Shown in pieces: positions 59,046 to 64,000 of a stretch of 64,000 bases of DNA. Location of the stretch: NCBI GenBank assembly GCA_012295275.1, contig CM022675.1, forward strand, positions 3,534,001-3,598,000, in the 5' to 3' direction. A model generated the notes under the pieces. That model saw only the letters and a list, made by a program, of their open reading frames with translations, was not told the DNA's origin and made no database searches. The position numbers and the translations under genes are program-made. Source of the DNA: Chrysomallon squamiferum. Its lineage: Eukaryota > Animalia > Mollusca. How positions within the stretch are numbered: position 1 is the stretch's first letter; the number at the start of each line of letters is the position of its first letter.

Positions 59046-60237
59046 TATTATTTAGACAAATAAATTGAAAAGGTTCATTTTACAATTTGTCACACAAAAT
59101 AATGAATTTGATTTAAAAACCTAAACACCTTATTTTCCTATCTCAACAACCAAATTTTATTTGTTTAATAATGTGACATGGAATACTTTAGTTTCTTTCA
59201 CTGATTATATCAACTTGTCTGGTAAAATAAAAAGTTTGATTTTTAGAACATTAACACATTAATTTTTCTCTCTCAACAATAATATCTAATTTATTTAATA
59301 ATGTCATTTAGAATATTTCATTTGTTTTCACTTTCTGTGATTATCAATGTCAAAAGATTTAGGAACTCTGAATCTTTAAAAAATCAAATATTCTTCAAAT
59401 AAAATGCTTCAAATGAAAGAATCAATTCTGAAAATTTGATGATTGTTTCTTCTTCTTTTCTATTTTGTCATTTTAATTCCACATCATCAACTATGTTTAC
59501 AAATGTACTTTTATTCAGATTTACTTTTTAAATACAAACTTTTCAACAGTACATCACTGCATTAATACTGGTAATGATAACAATGATGATGGTAACAGTT
59601 ATAATAACAATATTGATACTGATATTGTTGAAGACAGTAATAATACTCTCAAACTGATGGTAATGATTATGACAGTGATAATGATAATGATGATTGCTAT
59701 TGTAATGATTAATTCCATATTGCAGAGGCATATTTTCCATGAAAATTTGTCAGTGAAATCAAAACCAGTACAGAAGAACCATCTCATCAAGTACATTTGC
59801 CAAACATTAAAGTATAAACATAAAAATAAAATACAAACTTAGTGTGTGCATGCAACAAGTATTCTTGTTAACAATTAACAAACAAAACCTGGTACTCCAA
59901 TCAGAAACATTTAAAAAACAAAATAACAAACTCAAAAACAGAACACACACACAGTAATTACATTCATATTAAGAATTAACCAAGTTGATCAAACTTAAAT
60001 TCAGGTACTTCAATCTTTAAAGAAAAAAAAAAAAAAAAAAATATAAAAATTAAAAAAAAAAAAAATAAATATAAACTTTCCCTGTATCACTCTCTTACCT
60101 CCAAACTGCTGGGCAAAAGAATTAGATGTTGGTCCATAGGAGAAGGGGGCCCCCATCCCCATGGAGGAGTTAAGGTGAGCATTTAGTGCGGCACTCCCGC
60201 AGTAGTTCTGCAAAAACTCAATTCCTGCTGCATCCAT
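54120..60237 (-). CDS. PAR-related bZIP transcription factor (Drosophila CG7786 / ces-2 / giant-like group), about 147 aa
   Basis: Exon 60237-60099 (MDAAGIEFLQNYCG..QQFG, donor G|GTAAG, phase 1) joins exon 54424-54120 in frame: [76 protein letters not shown], a PAR-type basic region plus leucine zipper. A middle exon near 58388 is possible. Confidence 0.9.
56550..56590. promoter_or_regulatory. Intronic D-box plus nuclear-receptor everted repeat
   Basis: GTTATGTAAC at 56555-56564 (PAR-bZIP consensus RTTAYGTAAY) beside TGACCT-gca-AGGTCA at 56573-56587. Confidence 0.45.
58300..58820. promoter_or_regulatory. Candidate intronic enhancer of the bZIP gene
   Basis: GTTACGTCAC 58310, TTGCATAAC 58549, AGGTCA-A-TGACCT 58620-58632, GTTATGTCA and GTTATGAAAC about 58656-58679, TTACGTAAC 58811; locally GC-richer. 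Confidence 0.45.
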
Positions 60238-60279
60238 CAAACTGACACATAACCTCACCCCTGGCACAACTCTAGTAAA

Positions 60280-60320
60280 CTCTGACCCCCTCGGTAAAGG
60301 TCCTGCCCTCTTTTATAACA
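60280..60320 (-). promoter_or_regulatory. TATA box and probable transcription start of the bZIP gene
   Basis: TATAAAA at 60317-60311 (minus) in a GC-richer context, an Inr-like TCAG about 30 nt downstream, and the ATG at 60237. Confidence 0.6.
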
Positions 60321-62504
60321 CTCCCCTCCGTTACAGTTTCATCCCATTCAGAGTTGTCAGTCTGCACTGTGTGTGTGTGAATGTCCGAAATAGTTTTCAA
60401 TGACCAGTGGTCACTCCGACTGACCAGTAATTGAAGATATATTTAGACTGCAATGCCGAGAGGCCCTGTTGAGGTGGGTGGGAAGTGTTGGGTAACTAAA
60501 ATGTGTTATTACACTTTGTGGTGGGTGCACAGTAATTCATGTTGTGGGGGGGGGAGCATTCCAGTAATGAACAGGTTCCAGAAAAGTCTGAGAAAATTCC
60601 TGGAATTTTTGATGTTGGACATTTTTCTTTTTATTTTGTGTTGCTGTATTAATATAGTGACTGATATATTTATTGACGTCACAAAAAAGTTTGATGCATG
60701 TGGTAAAAGATGAATAAAACCTTTTTTTTTTTTTTTTAAATTTGTGGTCTTTGATGCTGATGTTAGGGAGGGTCTTAAATAAAATTTAAAAAATGAAATA
60801 AATAAAATGAATAATAAAAATAAATGATAGTGATGTTGATGATGTGTAATCAATATATAATGTACTAGAACATTTGAACGAAGAAAAAAAAACCATTAAT
60901 GAATTATTAAAATGATCTTACTCAACCATTTAACAGAAGCTTACAAACACTGAATGAAAAACACATAATAATTAGGTCCTGTGTGGAAATCAACATTAGT
61001 TTCAGCTTGTTAATACTGAAGACATAATTAACTTTCACTCAAGTAATTAAATCTGGCTGCAGCAGGTACTGAGATATGAACCCAGCCTCTATCATTCTTG
61101 ACACCAAAGGTTCAACCATCTCATTATATGTTTATTTACAACTACTGTGACAGGCCACTGTTTTGGTTTAGCATTATGTATAGCACTATATAACAGGCCT
61201 ACAAAAATTGAAGTTGCCCCAGGGCCCAGAAAAACTCCACCCAGCCCTACTGATAGCACAGCAGTTATGAAATGTATTTGTTAGAAATTAAACGAATATC
61301 TGAAAAGTGGTAAAAGTCACCATACCAAAAGCTATTGTATATTTTAATAATTAAATTATTAATTTCATAATCAACTCAACTTGTTAGATCAAGATCTCGT
61401 AGAATAAACTTATTGATAAACCCAGCAGGAGCCACTGTTTGGAATGGGATTAATAATAAATGAAAGAAGGATGTTGATCTATTGACCACTGAAGGATCAT
61501 AAATAATGTCAGAAATATGAACAAGGGAGTACCATCATGTAATAGGATAAATTTGAATAACCATTAGTAGACGATAATGTGTGTGGATTGATGATAGATT
61601 TTTTTTTTTTTTTTTTTATCTTTTATTTGTTTAACTGAAGAATATTGATGGACAGTGGAGTGAAAATAATCAGGAATAAAATCCTACTGGTAGAACACCA
61701 CGATTCTCAACTTGAAAATCAGTAAATTATGTTATTTAAAAAGAAAATAGTGTGTGTGTGTGTGTGTGTGTGAGTAATTAAGTGTGTATATATACATATA
61801 AAAAACAATTATAGGAATAATGAACACTTTTTTAAAGTGAAAATGCCCAAAAACGTATGTAATAAAAATACTTTAAAAATTATATAATAATAGTAACTTT
61901 TATAATATTATAGTAGTAGTAGTAAGAAAATAACAAAATTACGAGGTTATTTCTGTCAGTTTGTGAATACAGATACAAAATTACACTGTCATTTAAATAT
62001 CATTTCAAAAATAAAAAATAAATTAATAAATCAAAATCAAAAAATTAAAATAAAAATCTATCAAAATCAAATATCTTCTACAGATCCAACAAGAACATTT
62101 TCAAAAAATCAAAAAGAGAAAAATTTCAATTTTCACACCTCACCATGGCCCCCACCAATCATTAAGTGCTATTAAAAAGTGTCATGTGACGTAACATCAA
62201 TACAGACGGACTGCGACAAACATTTGTATGATATAAAGAGGCAGCGAGTTTCATCAATGGCAAAGGAACAAGTGTCAAAACATTTAAAATAACTTGCCAG
62301 CGACAGTTGAAAACAGCAGCGATGATTTCACAATGAGGGTGATGCAACGAAACAACAGTCCTTTGTAACTGACACATCACACGCTTCAGCGATTTCAAGG
62401 AAATTTCGTCAAAATAGAAATGTCAAGACGACGATGATTTGCTACAAACATGGGTGGAATTATAAAATTAATAATTAAATTTGAGATGATTATGTGTTTG
62501 AAAC

Positions 62505-62810
62505 TGAAATACTCCTGCCAAAAGTCATTGCAAACTGTTAGGTTATTAATTTTATTATTAGGAAACATTAAGTGACCATGACAATTTACAAAATCAAAAA
62601 TAGTCCTGCCAAAAGTAAGTGTGCCATTGTTAAATTATAAATTTTATTATTAGCAAAGATTAGGTGGCCATCACAATTTACAAAATTAAAATACTCCTGC
62701 CAAAAACTAATGAACTGTTAAGTTCCATTCAGTTACAAATTTTATAGTTAGGAAAGATTATGCGACCAACAGAATCTACAAAACTAAAATAAACCTGCCA
62801 AGAAGCAATG
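62505..62810. repeat. Diverged tandem repeat of about 91-98 bp, roughly 3.5 copies
   Basis: CCTGCCA anchor recurs at 62514, 62605, 62696 and 62794, with shared TTAGGAAA..GACCA..ACAATTTACAAAA. Confidence 0.7.
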
Positions 62811-63603
62811 CAGCTTTTAAACTGGAAATCTAATAATTAAATTTTACATGATTAGCAGAATTTTCAAATACAACAAATGTTGTCAATTTTTTTAATTGGT
62901 AACTTTGATTTTGAGAAGTAATATATGGGAGAAAATTAAAACAAGAAATAAAGTGACTTCTATAATCTTAAATTGAATTGATTTTAACAATTAAGAAAAA
63001 TTGCATGACTAATCCAAACAACAGAAATGAAAAACTTTACAAAGAGTAAAATTTTTGTTGATTTTTAAATTTAATACAATTTTGTAAAAAAAAAATTGGA
63101 ACATTAAGACAATGTACAAAATAAAGATTAAGTAATTTTTATAAACATCTGATTAATTTTTTAATTTAATACAATTTTGTAAAAATCATAACATTAATGT
63201 ATTTTTTTAAAGTAATACAAGGAATAGAATTAAAATTTATAGATAACCTAACATGCAGGATTTTTTTTAACCTTTAAATTTAATAATTTAGTTAATTACT
63301 ACAAATATGAAATGAAACTGGCTTCACTGAAAATATTAATCTGGTATTTTTAAAATGTTAATTTTCAAATTTAATAATTTAATTTAAAATGATTACATGA
63401 TTAACAGAAAACAAAATAACTGAAATAACTATGTCCAGAAATAAAGCAAATATTTCAAACATTTAACTTTTAATTTAAAGAGAATTTCATTAAAGTAAAG
63501 ACTCAAAATGTCTTGACCAGTAATGACTGAATTTTGTATCTGAATGTATCTAAGTAATTTAGTGAGTGGAACTACTATGGTTTCAAGGAACACAGGTTTA
63601 AAC

Positions 63604-64000
63604 CAGTGGTTCTCAACCTTTTTTTTGCCAATGGCACACCTTGGAACACATGAAAAAATAGCTGCATACCTGGCTAAATAAATAAGAAAAATATTTGAAT
63701 TTTGCAAAATAAAAACATGGCATGTCATAGAAACCATACAACTGTAACTCAAGTTCAATGTTGGATGAATGATTTATGAAAGGATCTCTAATCCAATCAT
63801 ACTTTTCAGTCTTCAGTGACGGAAAGTAATTGTTGATGCTTTTGTCCAGGGCTGTCAGATGAGTAAACACAATAGAGATCATTTCTCCAATGCAGGTAGA
63901 AGCAATAAAGGGAACATATCAAGACTGCCAGTGATTGCTTTTTTCCCCAAATCACAATTTTCTTTTTGAGGGCAACTAACTCGTCTGTTGAAGTGAGAAT
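63604..64000 (-). mobile_element. hAT (Buster/Charlie-like) transposon remnant, continues past the window end
   Basis: Terminus CAGTGGTTCTCAACC at 63604 is typical of Charlie/Buster TIRs. Minus-strand fragments ILTSTDELVALKKKIVIW and HLTALDKSINNYFPSLKTEKYDWIRDPF resemble Buster/ZBED-type transposase; frameshifted. Confidence 0.75.

Noticed and set aside
61190-61250. GC-rich patch resembling a MITE end
   Set aside because: No matching second terminus found.

Overview
AT-rich, microsatellite-dense eukaryotic (invertebrate, probably molluscan; inference) DNA. Nearly all ORF-track entries are microsatellite artefacts; the real genes are multi-exon and were rebuilt by hand from GT-AG boundaries and paralog comparison. 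Positions 1-47 kb hold six copies of one type-I membrane receptor family arranged as three head-to-head pairs: A(-)/B(+), truncated psi(-)/C(+) and E(-)/F(+). Shared architecture: signal peptide, a C-type-lectin-like domain (CTLD) split by an inserted WSC domain, a second CTLD, a Ser/Thr stalk of small exons, a transmembrane (TM) helix and a tyrosine-motif tail. Plus-strand copies encode a long tail with 14-17 Tyr (frameshifted in F). The only complete minus-strand copy (E) has a short, different 3-Tyr tail (SDYERL, YMNV, YCVM). This looks like a paired-receptor immune cluster with exon-level mosaicism and truncated or decoy-like members. Also present: a PAR-type bZIP gene (CG7786/ces-2-like, minus strand, 54.1-60.2 kb) whose intron carries PAR/D-box sites and nuclear-receptor palindromes, a deleted Tc1/mariner element, a hAT (Buster/Charlie-like) remnant and several minisatellites.
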